Positions 8,170-15,685 of a DNA stretch of 39,380 nucleotides are shown here, one piece after another. The DNA comes from an uncultured Candidatus Saccharibacteria bacterium. Lineage in GTDB: Bacteria; Patescibacteriota; Minisyncoccia; Phycocordibacterales; UBA2100. The stretch covers positions 1 through 39,380 of the forward strand of contig CAYHST010000001.1 of NCBI GenBank assembly GCA_964359415.1, in the 5' to 3' direction. Each line of letters begins with the position of its first letter. The first letter of the stretch is position 1. Both the position numbers and the translations under genes were made by a program. The notes beneath the pieces were generated by a model that did no database searches, had not been told where the DNA came from, and worked only from the letters and a program-made list of their open reading frames with translations.

Positions 8170-8240
8170 CTGCCGGACTTGGACTCGAACCAAGATGACG
8201 ACCTCCAGAGGGTCGCATCCTACCGTTAGATGATCCGGCA
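8170..8240 (-). tRNA. tRNA-Gln (anticodon CTG)
   Basis: Hand-folded cloverleaf: acceptor TGCCGGA/TCCGGCA (U1-A72, discriminator G, as in bacterial tRNA-Gln), anticodon stem CGACC/GGTCG, anticodon loop CTCTGGA, T-arm CTTGG-TTCGAGT-CCAAG. CCA is not encoded. Confidence 0.9.
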
Positions 8241-8433
8241 ATGACTAGCTTCTAGCTTCCAGCGGCTAGCTTCCAGCTTGTAGAGAATACTTTAGAAACA
8301 GCCATTATTCAACTGGGCACGCCCCGACACTAAACTTCGGCATCGTTTTGCGAAAGTATTTTGACAGTCTGTCTCATCGCGCAAACAAATATGAGTAACC
8401 GGTTTACTGAAATATAATCTCGGCAAAACATTG

Positions 8434-9510
8434 TTATGTCGAAGTTAGTACGGGGCACGTCCGGCGGTCGCTCTCCAGACGGACAGGAATTTCTTTGACT
8501 GACGCGACTCCGTTTTGGTCAAATGTGACCGAGAGCAATAGCCCGTTTCTCACATCCTCGCTGAAATACTGGTCAAAGATGAAATTGCCGAGCGAGTAAT
8601 AAATTCGCTTACCTTTATACTCTTCCCTCTCTTGCACTACATGCGGATGAGAGCCGATAACAATCTCCGCGCCGGCATCCACGAAACTATGGGCTAATTC
8701 GCGCGAATTAGCCGATGAGGTGGTCGCGTATTCCACTCCCCAGTGCGTGTAAACGATTGGGAGGTACCCGCTGGCGCGGGCATTTTGGATTTGAAATATT
8801 GTCGTTGACGACATACCAACATTCTCAAGTATGTTGGTATGTTCTGCGGGAGCGAATTCGTTGTAGTTTATGAATGCCAGCGAAACGCCATGTACTATAC
8901 TGGTAGAAACTGCCCGCATCAGCTCGCCGCCCGCCTTTGCCCATCCTTCGCATGAAGCTTCAAAGGGGCAGGCGGCGGTTCCTACCTGCGCTAAAGCTTC
9001 TGCCGATATAATCTCTGGCTGGCCGAAATATCCAATGCTCGCGTCTTTTAGAAACCGCGCGGTCAGCTTTGCTCCAACATTTCCAAAATTCAGGATGTGA
9101 TTATTTCCGAGATTCACCATGCGAATATTGTGCGCTTGCAAGAGTGCCGCGGTTGATGGAGGAAACGTAAACGTGAAATTATTCTCGTCGCCCGGAGCCG
9201 ACGACGCGCTGATAGAGGCAGATTCCGTTATCGGCCCTTCAAGATTCGCGACCACTAAATCGGCATCTTTTAGAATCGAGTCAATGCAAGAAAAAACAAA
9301 GTCTTCGCCTTTTTGGTCTATTGCCGCGCGGATTGAACGGTCAAACAGCATATCGCCGCCGAAAATAATTGTCGCGAGTTTCGGCCTCTCCGGCCGCGCA
9401 TAGTTAATTGCCGACTGAATATGCATCGCATATTTATCGGCAAGAACGAAAGAAAGCACCGCCGCGATAAGCGTAAAACCAAGGACAGCTGCTTTTATTA
9501 AACCCGACAT
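8434..9510 (-). CDS. CapA/PGA_cap-family metallophosphatase-like protein (membrane anchored)
   Basis: 358 aa with an N-terminal TM segment and the blocks GGDMLFDR, VANLEGP, NLGNNHILNFG and GSHPHVVQ..YSLGNFIFDQ. Confidence 0.85.
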   Translation of the reverse strand: MSGLIKAAVLGFTLIAAVLSFVLADKYAMHIQSAINYARPERPKLATIIFGGDMLFDRSIRAAIDQKGEDFVFSCIDSILKDADLVVANLEGPITESASISASSAPGDENNFTFTFPPSTAALLQAHNIRMVNLGNNHILNFGNVGAKLTARFLKDASIGYFGQPEIISAEALAQVGTAACPFEASCEGWAKAGGELMRAVSTSIVHGVSLAFINYNEFAPAEHTNILENVGMSSTTIFQIQNARASGYLPIVYTHWGVEYATTSSANSRELAHSFVDAGAEIVIGSHPHVVQEREEYKGKRIYYSLGNFIFDQYFSEDVRNGLLLSVTFDQNGVASVKEIPVRLESDRRTCPVLTST

Positions 9511-10557
9511 CTACTCAATAATACCAGCGAGAGAATGTGGTTTTCCTTCTGTTATTGAGGCGTTCGTAATGCGGGTGAATTTGGCCTTTTTGTGGAATTC
9601 TTTGAGATTTCGCGCGCCGACATAGCCCATTCCGACTTGAACGCCGGAAACAAGGGTGGCTACAACATCCGCGACCGGCCCTTTGTACGACACCAGTGCT
9701 TCAACTCCCTCCGGCACGGCTTTGCGTCCGTGAGTAAAGTAGCGCTCCTTCCCCGCCGCGCTTTCAATGACCGACTTCGAACCCATCCCGCGATACTCTT
9801 TGTATTTCCCGCCGTTCTTCCCGACAATCTTGCCCGGTGTCTCGTCTGTGCCGGCCAAAAGATTTCCGAGCATGACCGCCGAAGCGCCGGCGGCGAGAGC
9901 TTTCGCGATGTCGCCCGATGTGCGGATTCCTCCATCCGCGATAACCGGCACGCCTTTCTTTTCTGCAACCGACACAACTTCTAGTATTGCGGAGAGTTGC
10001 GGTACGCCTACGCCCGAAATAATGCGCGTCGTGCAGATGCTCCCGGGCCCCACGCCAACCTTGATTGCATCCGCAAATTTGCACGCCTCCTTGGCGGCTT
10101 CTGCCGTCGCGATATTCCCGTAAATCATTTTTGCGTGCTTTAGAGACTTTTTTATTTTCTTCGCGCTTGCTACGACATTCAGATTATGTCCATGCGCGCA
10201 ATCAATCACAATCACATCGCACCCGGCGTCGTCTAGCGCTTTCGCGCGGTCCGCGGCAAATGGCCCGCAGGCGGCGGCGACTCGAACTCCGGAGGATTTT
10301 ACTTCTTTCACCATTCTCGATTGCTCTTCAATGGAACAATTGCGATGGAGAACTCCAAGCCCTCCGAGCTTGCCAAGCGCGGCCGCCATTGGCACTTCCG
10401 TAACGCGGTCCATTGCGGCCGAAAGGAACGGCACCGCGAGATTAATGCCGCAAATGCTTGTTTGGAGCGACGCTTCCGCAGGCTCCATGGCGGAGGCGGA
10501 AGGGCGGATGAGTACGTCGTCAAATGTAAAACTCCTGTTTAGAATCTTTATTGCCAT
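9511..10557 (-). CDS. IMP dehydrogenase/GMP reductase-family enzyme lacking the CBS (Bateman) insert
   Basis: 348 aa with FDDVLIRP, the catalytic loop [31 protein letters not shown] and YRGMGS. No roughly 120-aa CBS subdomain follows the HRN..IEEQ block. Confidence 0.85.
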   Translation of the reverse strand: MAIKILNRSFTFDDVLIRPSASAMEPAEASLQTSICGINLAVPFLSAAMDRVTEVPMAAALGKLGGLGVLHRNCSIEEQSRMVKEVKSSGVRVAAACGPFAADRAKALDDAGCDVIVIDCAHGHNLNVVASAKKIKKSLKHAKMIYGNIATAEAAKEACKFADAIKVGVGPGSICTTRIISGVGVPQLSAILEVVSVAEKKGVPVIADGGIRTSGDIAKALAAGASAVMLGNLLAGTDETPGKIVGKNGGKYKEYRGMGSKSVIESAAGKERYFTHGRKAVPEGVEALVSYKGPVADVVATLVSGVQVGMGYVGARNLKEFHKKAKFTRITNASITEGKPHSLAGIIE

Positions 10558-10562
10558 GGCCT

Positions 10563-10590
10563 ATTATAGTTGCCAAAGTGGAAAAGTCAA
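10563..10590 (-). promoter_or_regulatory. near-consensus promoter giving a leaderless IMPDH-family mRNA
   Basis: On the minus strand: TTGACT (10585-10590), a 16-nt spacer, TATAAT (10563-10568), then 5 nt to the ATG at 10557. Confidence 0.55.
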
Positions 10591-10937
10591 AAAATGATTG
10601 GTTTTCTATCTATCGATATAGACTCGACCCATCGAACGTCCGCTTTTCTATTTTCCGAGTAGTACACAATTATCAATCTGCTTCCGACGTGAAAACTAAG
10701 TTCGTGCCAACCACGGCGCGCTCTTTTTCTACCCAATACAAGGCGATGTTCAAGATGCTTCGCAACCGCATCGTACACATCTACGAACAACTGCTTTGCG
10801 TTTCCGCGAACGCCTTCAAGGATTATTTCTTCGCTCCACAAACCAGAGTCGCTATAGAGCTCGAGAAAAGCATCTTCGTAGTGAAATACAAATGAGCGCA
10901 CATCGGCAAGCGCCGATTCCTTAAACCGTAGCTCCAT
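10587..10937 (-). CDS. RelE/ParE-superfamily toxin (putative)
   Basis: Start placed at the internal Met (MELRFKESALADV), giving 116 aa. The C-terminal HELSFHVGSRLIIVYYSE..VRWVESISIDRKP pattern is ParE/RelE-like. It overlaps the upstream small ORF by 17 nt. Confidence 0.5.
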   Translation of the reverse strand: MELRFKESALADVRSFVFHYEDAFLELYSDSGLWSEEIILEGVRGNAKQLFVDVYDAVAKHLEHRLVLGRKRARRGWHELSFHVGSRLIIVYYSENRKADVRWVESISIDRKPIIF

Positions 10938-11085
10938 GACGTACGTTCCGCGCGCCTGTTTTTTTCCACGCCGCCCGTAAGCGTTTGCGCAGACGATCAA
11001 CTGATTCGTCTATCATACGGTCCGTGATGACGCGCATTTCGGAGAGTGAATATCCCTCCGTTATTTTTGCCTTTTTCCTTTTCAT
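10921..11085 (-). CDS. putative antitoxin (54 aa)
   Basis: Hand translation gives MKRKKAKITEGYSLSEMRVITDRMIDESVDRLRKRLRAAWKKTGARNVRHGATV. Its stop overlaps the toxin start. It is preceded by TTGACA (11115-11120), a 17-nt spacer, GATAGT (11092-11097) and 6 nt to the ATG. Confidence 0.45.
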   Translation of the reverse strand: MKRKKAKITEGYSLSEMRVITDRMIDESVDRLRKRLRAAWKKTGARNVRHGATV

Positions 11086-11127
11086 GTCACTACTATCGCG
11101 CGGTTGGCCATGCTTGTCAATTTCACG

Positions 11128-11880
11128 CTACGTTTTTGAAACTGTCGCGACGAGCGCGCAGTGGTCGCTTAATCCCGAAACCATTTTGGCATCGGAAACC
11201 TTATACGCGGGCGTAGAGAATAACCCGTCAACCATGAAATTAAGATGTCCAGCGCGATGAAAATTGCCGTCAATGGATGCAGTGTAATGCGCCGGCACGT
11301 TGTCCTTATATTTGTCCGCAAGCATCGAGAAGATTTCTCCGCCGCGCGGAGCATTGAAGTCTCCGGTAAATACTATTTCATTATGTGTGCCGAGTGTGCC
11401 AAGAAGTTTCTTCAGATGTATTCGTTGCTCCGAGGTAGTCTCGCCATTTGGAGACCATGTAAAATGCGTCGTCCCTATGTTGAACAAGCTTCCATCTTTC
11501 TCAACCGCTAACGTTACGAGCGCGCAATTCATTGTGTGTCCATTCCCTATCTCTTCAGAAGGACGGTGCTTTGGAATATCATTCGCATTTCCAACATAAT
11601 ATTGAACCTCCTTACGAACAACGCGGAGACAAGAAAATATTGCTTCTCCAACGATTGGATTGCCCTGTTCTTCCATATGCCGAAGCAAGGGCGCAAACAC
11701 ATACTCCGCTTCCCCAAGTATCGAGGCGAATCGCGCGGTATCATTCTCGAGAATTTCCTGAACGCAAACAATTTCTGGCTTTTCTTTATCAAGAAAAGAG
11801 AGGGTAGTACCGAGATGCTTGGCTCGCTCAATGTTGAGCGAAATTAGCTTGATTGACGCCGACTCCCTGGAATCTTTCAT
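11128..11880 (-). CDS. endonuclease/exonuclease/phosphatase (EEP) family protein
   Basis: 250 aa with LISLNIER..PEIVCVQE at the N-terminus, and FTGDFNAP and SDHCALV at the C-terminus. It overlaps pyrG by 4 nt. Confidence 0.8.
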   Translation of the reverse strand: MKDSRESASIKLISLNIERAKHLGTTLSFLDKEKPEIVCVQEILENDTARFASILGEAEYVFAPLLRHMEEQGNPIVGEAIFSCLRVVRKEVQYYVGNANDIPKHRPSEEIGNGHTMNCALVTLAVEKDGSLFNIGTTHFTWSPNGETTSEQRIHLKKLLGTLGTHNEIVFTGDFNAPRGGEIFSMLADKYKDNVPAHYTASIDGNFHRAGHLNFMVDGLFSTPAYKVSDAKMVSGLSDHCALVATVSKT

Positions 11881-13523
11881 TTCGCTTTACCGCGCACAAT
11901 CGCCGCTTTGATGAAAGCATTGAACAACGGATGCGGGGAAAGCGGGCGGGCGCGGAACTCCGGGTGGAATTGAGTTCCGAGGAAGAACGGATGAACGCTC
12001 TTCGGCAATTCCGCTATTTCCATAAGCACCCCGTCCGGCGATTTGCCGGAGAAGACTAGTCCGGCTTTTTCCAACCTTTCGATATATTTCGGATTAACCT
12101 CGTATCGGTGCCTGTGTCTCTCGGAAATCGCTTCCTTGCCGTACGCTTCGTTCGCAATCGTCCCTTCTTTCAATTCGCACGGGTACGCGCCCAAACGCAT
12201 CGTGCCTCCATAATCCTTTTTTGCGAGCTTTTCCACCTGTTCGGGCAAAATAGCGATAACCGGATGCGGCGTTTTTGCGTCAATTTCCGTCGTGTGCGCG
12301 TTTGCCAATCCCGCGACATTTCGCGCGAATTCAACGGTCATCAACTGCATGCCGTAGCAAAGGCCGAAATACGGTATTTTGTTTTCTCGCACATATTGTA
12401 TGGCTTTGATTTTCCCGTCAATCCCGGTTTCGCCGAATCCTCCTGGAACAAGTACGCCGTCGTATTCAGAAAGCTTCTCAAGATTCTCTCCTTTCTCAAA
12501 CTGTTGAGATGAGGTGTAATCAATGACAGGTTTAACCCCCGATGCATAGCAGGAATATTTTATCGCTTCAAGAACGGAAATATAGACATCGGAAAGCACG
12601 AAGTCTCCTGAATCAAAATATTTGCCGACGACTGCGATTTTCAGTTCCTTTCCCCCGTTTTTTGAGCGGAGAACAAAATCTTCCCAATCCTTGAGGTTAG
12701 CCGTTGTGGAGCATTTTTTCATCTTCAGTATCTCGCATAGCTGTGCCGACAAATTGTCTTTTTCAAAGTTGAGCGGTACGTCGTAGATACTCTTAACATC
12801 GGGCGCCGATATGACATGCTCCGGCTTCACGTTGCAGAAGAGAGCGATTTTCTGCCGGCGTTTCTCATCGAGCGCGATTGGAGCGCGCGCGATGATTATG
12901 TCCGCGAAGACGCCGGCGCCATTCAATGTGCGCGCCGCGTACTGCGTCGGTTTTGTTTTCATCTCTCCGATTGAATTTGGCACGGGAAGATAGCTCACCA
13001 AGACAGTGGCAACATCATCGGGGCGCTGGGTTTTCATCATGCGTATAGCCTCGAGGAAAAGAATGTTCTGGTACTCGCCCACCGTCCCGCCGATTTCAAT
13101 CGTCGTGACATCCGCCCCAGCGCCCTCGGCCGCTTTTTCAATGCGAGAAATGACTTCCAGCGGAATATCGGGTACCACCTCAACGCACCGCCCCTCATAT
13201 TCCAAATTGCGCTCGCGCTTGATGACGGAGAGATAGACGGAACCTGTCGTCATGTAATTGATAGAGGGAATATCTTGATTGAGGAAGCGTTCATAATTGC
13301 CCATGTCCTGGTCAGTCTCCATGCCGTCTTCCAAAACAAACACCTCGCCGTGAACCGTCGGATTCATCGTGCCGGCGTCAACGTTTATGTACGGGTCAAT
13401 CTTGAGTGAAGTTACTTTGAGTCCTCGCGCCTTGAGTAAGGTAGCAATTGACGAAGAAGCGATTCCTTTGCCGACGCCGGACATCACTCCGCCCACGACG
13501 AAAATGTATTTATGCCCCGTCAT
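11877..13523 (-). CDS. pyrG: CTP synthase
   Basis: 548 aa with the N-terminal synthetase block KYIFVVGGVMSGVGKGI and the C-terminal GATase blocks GLCYGMQ and HRHRYEVN. Confidence 0.95.
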   Translation of the reverse strand: MTGHKYIFVVGGVMSGVGKGIASSSIATLLKARGLKVTSLKIDPYINVDAGTMNPTVHGEVFVLEDGMETDQDMGNYERFLNQDIPSINYMTTGSVYLSVIKRERNLEYEGRCVEVVPDIPLEVISRIEKAAEGAGADVTTIEIGGTVGEYQNILFLEAIRMMKTQRPDDVATVLVSYLPVPNSIGEMKTKPTQYAARTLNGAGVFADIIIARAPIALDEKRRQKIALFCNVKPEHVISAPDVKSIYDVPLNFEKDNLSAQLCEILKMKKCSTTANLKDWEDFVLRSKNGGKELKIAVVGKYFDSGDFVLSDVYISVLEAIKYSCYASGVKPVIDYTSSQQFEKGENLEKLSEYDGVLVPGGFGETGIDGKIKAIQYVRENKIPYFGLCYGMQLMTVEFARNVAGLANAHTTEIDAKTPHPVIAILPEQVEKLAKKDYGGTMRLGAYPCELKEGTIANEAYGKEAISERHRHRYEVNPKYIERLEKAGLVFSGKSPDGVLMEIAELPKSVHPFFLGTQFHPEFRARPLSPHPLFNAFIKAAIVRGKAK

Positions 13524-13693
13524 AGATATTCTTTACGAATGAAATGAGTAATTAGAGAATCATGACCCCTCCCCAATTTAGTATCCGTTTTCATGTGATA
13601 ATCTTCTCATTTTGTTGAGACCGTCTCAACAGTATATCAAATGTGAGATGCGGTTGTGGGATACTAAATTGGGGAGGGATTAACGAAATTATA
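13524..13693 (-). promoter_or_regulatory. structured leader element A (upstream of pyrG)
   Basis: TATAAT (13688-13693). A perfect 20-bp outer helix pairs 13567-13586 with 13659-13678. The inner palindrome is GTTGAGAC-C-GTCTCAAC (13614-13630). A second hairpin (13528-13560) ends 4 nt before the ATG. Confidence 0.5.
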
Positions 13694-13706
13694 GTCGCTG
13701 TGCTCC

Positions 13707-14636
13707 TTAATTTCGTAAATATCTTCTTACTGCCAAATAGCTTGATAACGCTCCAAGCGCGATGCCGGAAGCCATAACAACAAAGAAAATCGCAGGGAAC
13801 GAACTGGCATAGTATGCGAACGCGTTAAACGTGCCCAGAAAACGCTGCAGGGGCGCGCTTATATACAGCGTGATTGGATAAAGCAATATCAACACGATAA
13901 GACCGGAGACAAACCCGTATAGGATGCCGGCAATCATAAAAGGCCCGCGGACGTACCACCTCCCCGCGCCTACGATATTCATCACTCCGATTTCATCCCG
14001 CGATGTATAAATAGCAAGCCGGATAGTGTTAAAAGCTATCAGAACAGACGCGAGCCCCATAATTATGGCGATTATCGTCCCCAACCGCTTTGACGTATCA
14101 ATGATGCTCGTAAGCCGGTCTATGGCAGTCTTGTTCTGGTAGAAATTAACCTTGTCAATCGCGGAGCCGGCGCTCGTTCCGCTCGATTGTTGTGTCCCCA
14201 GGAATTTCGCTATCGCTTCATATTGGGAAGTCTGCTTGGCTCTCACTTCAAGCGAGGCGCCCAGAGGGTTGTCCTTCAATTCGTCGAGTGCCTGAAGCGT
14301 AAGCTGGTCGTTCTTATGCCTCTCGCGAAATTGCGCGAGCGCGTCGTCGCGGCTCACGAACGAAACAGTGGCAACTTCAGGAAGCGCCTCAAGCATTCTT
14401 TTGACATCCGTAATCTGGGCATCCGTCGCGTTGGTCGTGAAGTACACGTTCACATCAACCTTTTGCGTTAATTGAGCGAGAGTCGCATCAAGCGCCGCGC
14501 CGAAAATCATCAGACCAGAAATTACAAAGAGGGTCAGAGTCATTATTGAAACGGCCGCGAGAGAAACAAATCCGTTGCGGATAAATCCGATAAGCCCGTA
14601 CCTCGCGACTCTTTTTGTGTTTAGCCAGAGGGACAT
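13707..14636 (-). CDS. ftsX: cell-division ABC transporter permease-like protein FtsX
   Basis: 309 aa with an N-terminal TM segment, a periplasmic FtsX-ECD-like region (VDVNVYF..SFVSRDDALAQF) and three C-terminal TM helices. It lies downstream of ftsE. Confidence 0.85.
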   Translation of the reverse strand: MSLWLNTKRVARYGLIGFIRNGFVSLAAVSIMTLTLFVISGLMIFGAALDATLAQLTQKVDVNVYFTTNATDAQITDVKRMLEALPEVATVSFVSRDDALAQFRERHKNDQLTLQALDELKDNPLGASLEVRAKQTSQYEAIAKFLGTQQSSGTSAGSAIDKVNFYQNKTAIDRLTSIIDTSKRLGTIIAIIMGLASVLIAFNTIRLAIYTSRDEIGVMNIVGAGRWYVRGPFMIAGILYGFVSGLIVLILLYPITLYISAPLQRFLGTFNAFAYYASSFPAIFFVVMASGIALGALSSYLAVRRYLRN

Positions 14637-14808
14637 GTTAGATTTTGTTAGTGAGCGAAGCGAGCTTAGAAAATCTTACACCCAGCACCATTTTGACATC
14701 CGTACTCATGTGTCCATTGTACGACGTTGTTGAGACTGTCTCAACGATATCTGGTGGTCGAGAGGAAGTAGCGGGATGCCAAAATGGTGCTGGGTCCTTG
14801 AAATTATA
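14637..14808 (-). promoter_or_regulatory. structured leader element B (between ftsE and ftsX)
   Basis: TATAAT (14803-14808). The outer helix pairs 14680-14701 with 14774-14795 at 21/22 positions; the exception is G-U on the minus-strand RNA. The inner palindrome is GTTGAGAC-T-GTCTCAAC (14729-14745). A second hairpin (14641-14675) ends 4 nt before the ATG. Confidence 0.5.
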
Positions 14809-14827
14809 CTCCCTTTGGTCGTTAATT

Positions 14828-15508
14828 TCATAGGACATACTTCCCCTCCTTGTCATCGCGTATCAACCTCCCCTGGTCCATCGTTACCACGCGCTTGCCG
14901 CCGGCGTCTACGACCGACCTATTGTGTGTCGCGAGCAATACCGTCGTCCCAAGATTGTTTATCTTCTTCAAGATTTCCAAGACATCGTGCGTGTTTATCG
15001 GGTCCAGATTTCCTGTCGGCTCGTCGGCAAGGAGTACGGCCGGCTGATTCACTATGGCGCGCGCTATCGCGACCCTTTGCTGTTCGCCTCCGGAAAGCTC
15101 CCGCGGAAAACTCCACATCTTATCCGCGAGCCCTACCAGCTCGAGTACGTGGGGAACATCGGCCTTTATATCGTCATCGCTCTTGCCGGCCACCTCGAGC
15201 GCGAAGGCGATGTTTTCATATATTGTTTTTGTCGGCAAAAGGCGGAAATCCTGGAAAACCGTCCCTATATTGCGCCTCACTTTCAGAAGCTCCGAATTTG
15301 AGAGTTCGCCTATTGAGCGGGAATCGAAGTACACCGAGCCGGAGGTTGGGAGTACTTCGGCAAACAACATTTTCAGGAGCGTCGTTTTCCCGGCGCCAGA
15401 ATGTCCGACAATGAAAACGAATTCGCCCGCGTCAATGGAAAGAGTAATGTCCTCAACCGCATGCTGGCCGCCGTTGTACACTTTTGTAACTTTGTCGTAG
15501 TGAATCAT
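14828..15508 (-). CDS. ftsE: cell-division ATP-binding protein FtsE
   Basis: Start placed at the internal Met (MIHYDKVTKVY). Walker A GHSGAGKTT, ABC signature LSGGEQQRVAIARA, Walker B LLADEPTGNLD. Confidence 0.9.
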   Translation of the reverse strand: MIHYDKVTKVYNGGQHAVEDITLSIDAGEFVFIVGHSGAGKTTLLKMLFAEVLPTSGSVYFDSRSIGELSNSELLKVRRNIGTVFQDFRLLPTKTIYENIAFALEVAGKSDDDIKADVPHVLELVGLADKMWSFPRELSGGEQQRVAIARAIVNQPAVLLADEPTGNLDPINTHDVLEILKKINNLGTTVLLATHNRSVVDAGGKRVVTMDQGRLIRDDKEGKYVL

Positions 15509-15663
15509 GTGCCGGTTTTGTCTACGAGTGCAGCGAGTAGGTACAAAACCGAGTACCCAGCACCTTTTCAAGCAAATTAGATTTCATAATCATTGAGGTC
15601 AATTCTGGCAATTGTATCACGAAGATAACCATCGCAAAAAAGGTGCTGGGTTAGGCATTTCTA
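15509..15663 (-). promoter_or_regulatory. structured leader element C (upstream of ftsE)
   Basis: A -10-like TAGAAA (15658-15663). The outer helix pairs 15555-15568 with 15638-15651 (14 bp) and shares the ACCCAGCACC arm with element B. The inner palindrome is ATTGAGGTCAAT (15592-15603). A second hairpin (15512-15551) ends 3 nt before the ATG. Confidence 0.45.
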
Positions 15664-15667
15664 ACTC

Positions 15668-15683
15668 TCCGCCAACCGGCGGA
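15668..15683. terminator. small GC hairpin TCCGCC-AACC-GGCGGA just after the prfB stop
   Basis: 6-bp stem with a 4-nt loop. The same hairpin recurs at 16632-16647. No U-tract. Confidence 0.35.
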
Positions 15684-15685
15684 TC

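Noticed and set aside
8245-8277. ctagcttcc(agc) tandem motifs in the tRNA-Gln 5' leader, with similar tagcttc / ctggaaac strings at 6797-6808 and 27997-28090.
   Set aside because: These are short, low-complexity and degenerate. The 28-kb copies lie inside the variable region of the probable cobalamin riboswitch. I could not define a consistent unit or pairing scheme.
13524-13693. The pyrG spacer as a Bacillus-type pyrG reiterative-transcription attenuator or a T-box.
   Set aside because: No terminator with a U-tract follows the helix. Near-identical architecture occurs upstream of ftsX and ftsE, which are functionally unrelated to CTP pools. No specifier or T-box motifs are present.
14638-14856. 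A 72-aa ORF (66 aa from MSYEIN, preceded by GGAGGGG) spanning the whole ftsE-ftsX spacer.
   Set aside because: Its sequence is dictated by the inverted repeats of leader element B. The paralogous element A has in-frame stops at the equivalent position. SD motifs are not otherwise used here, so the GGAGG, which lies inside the ftsE C-terminal codons, is probably coincidental.
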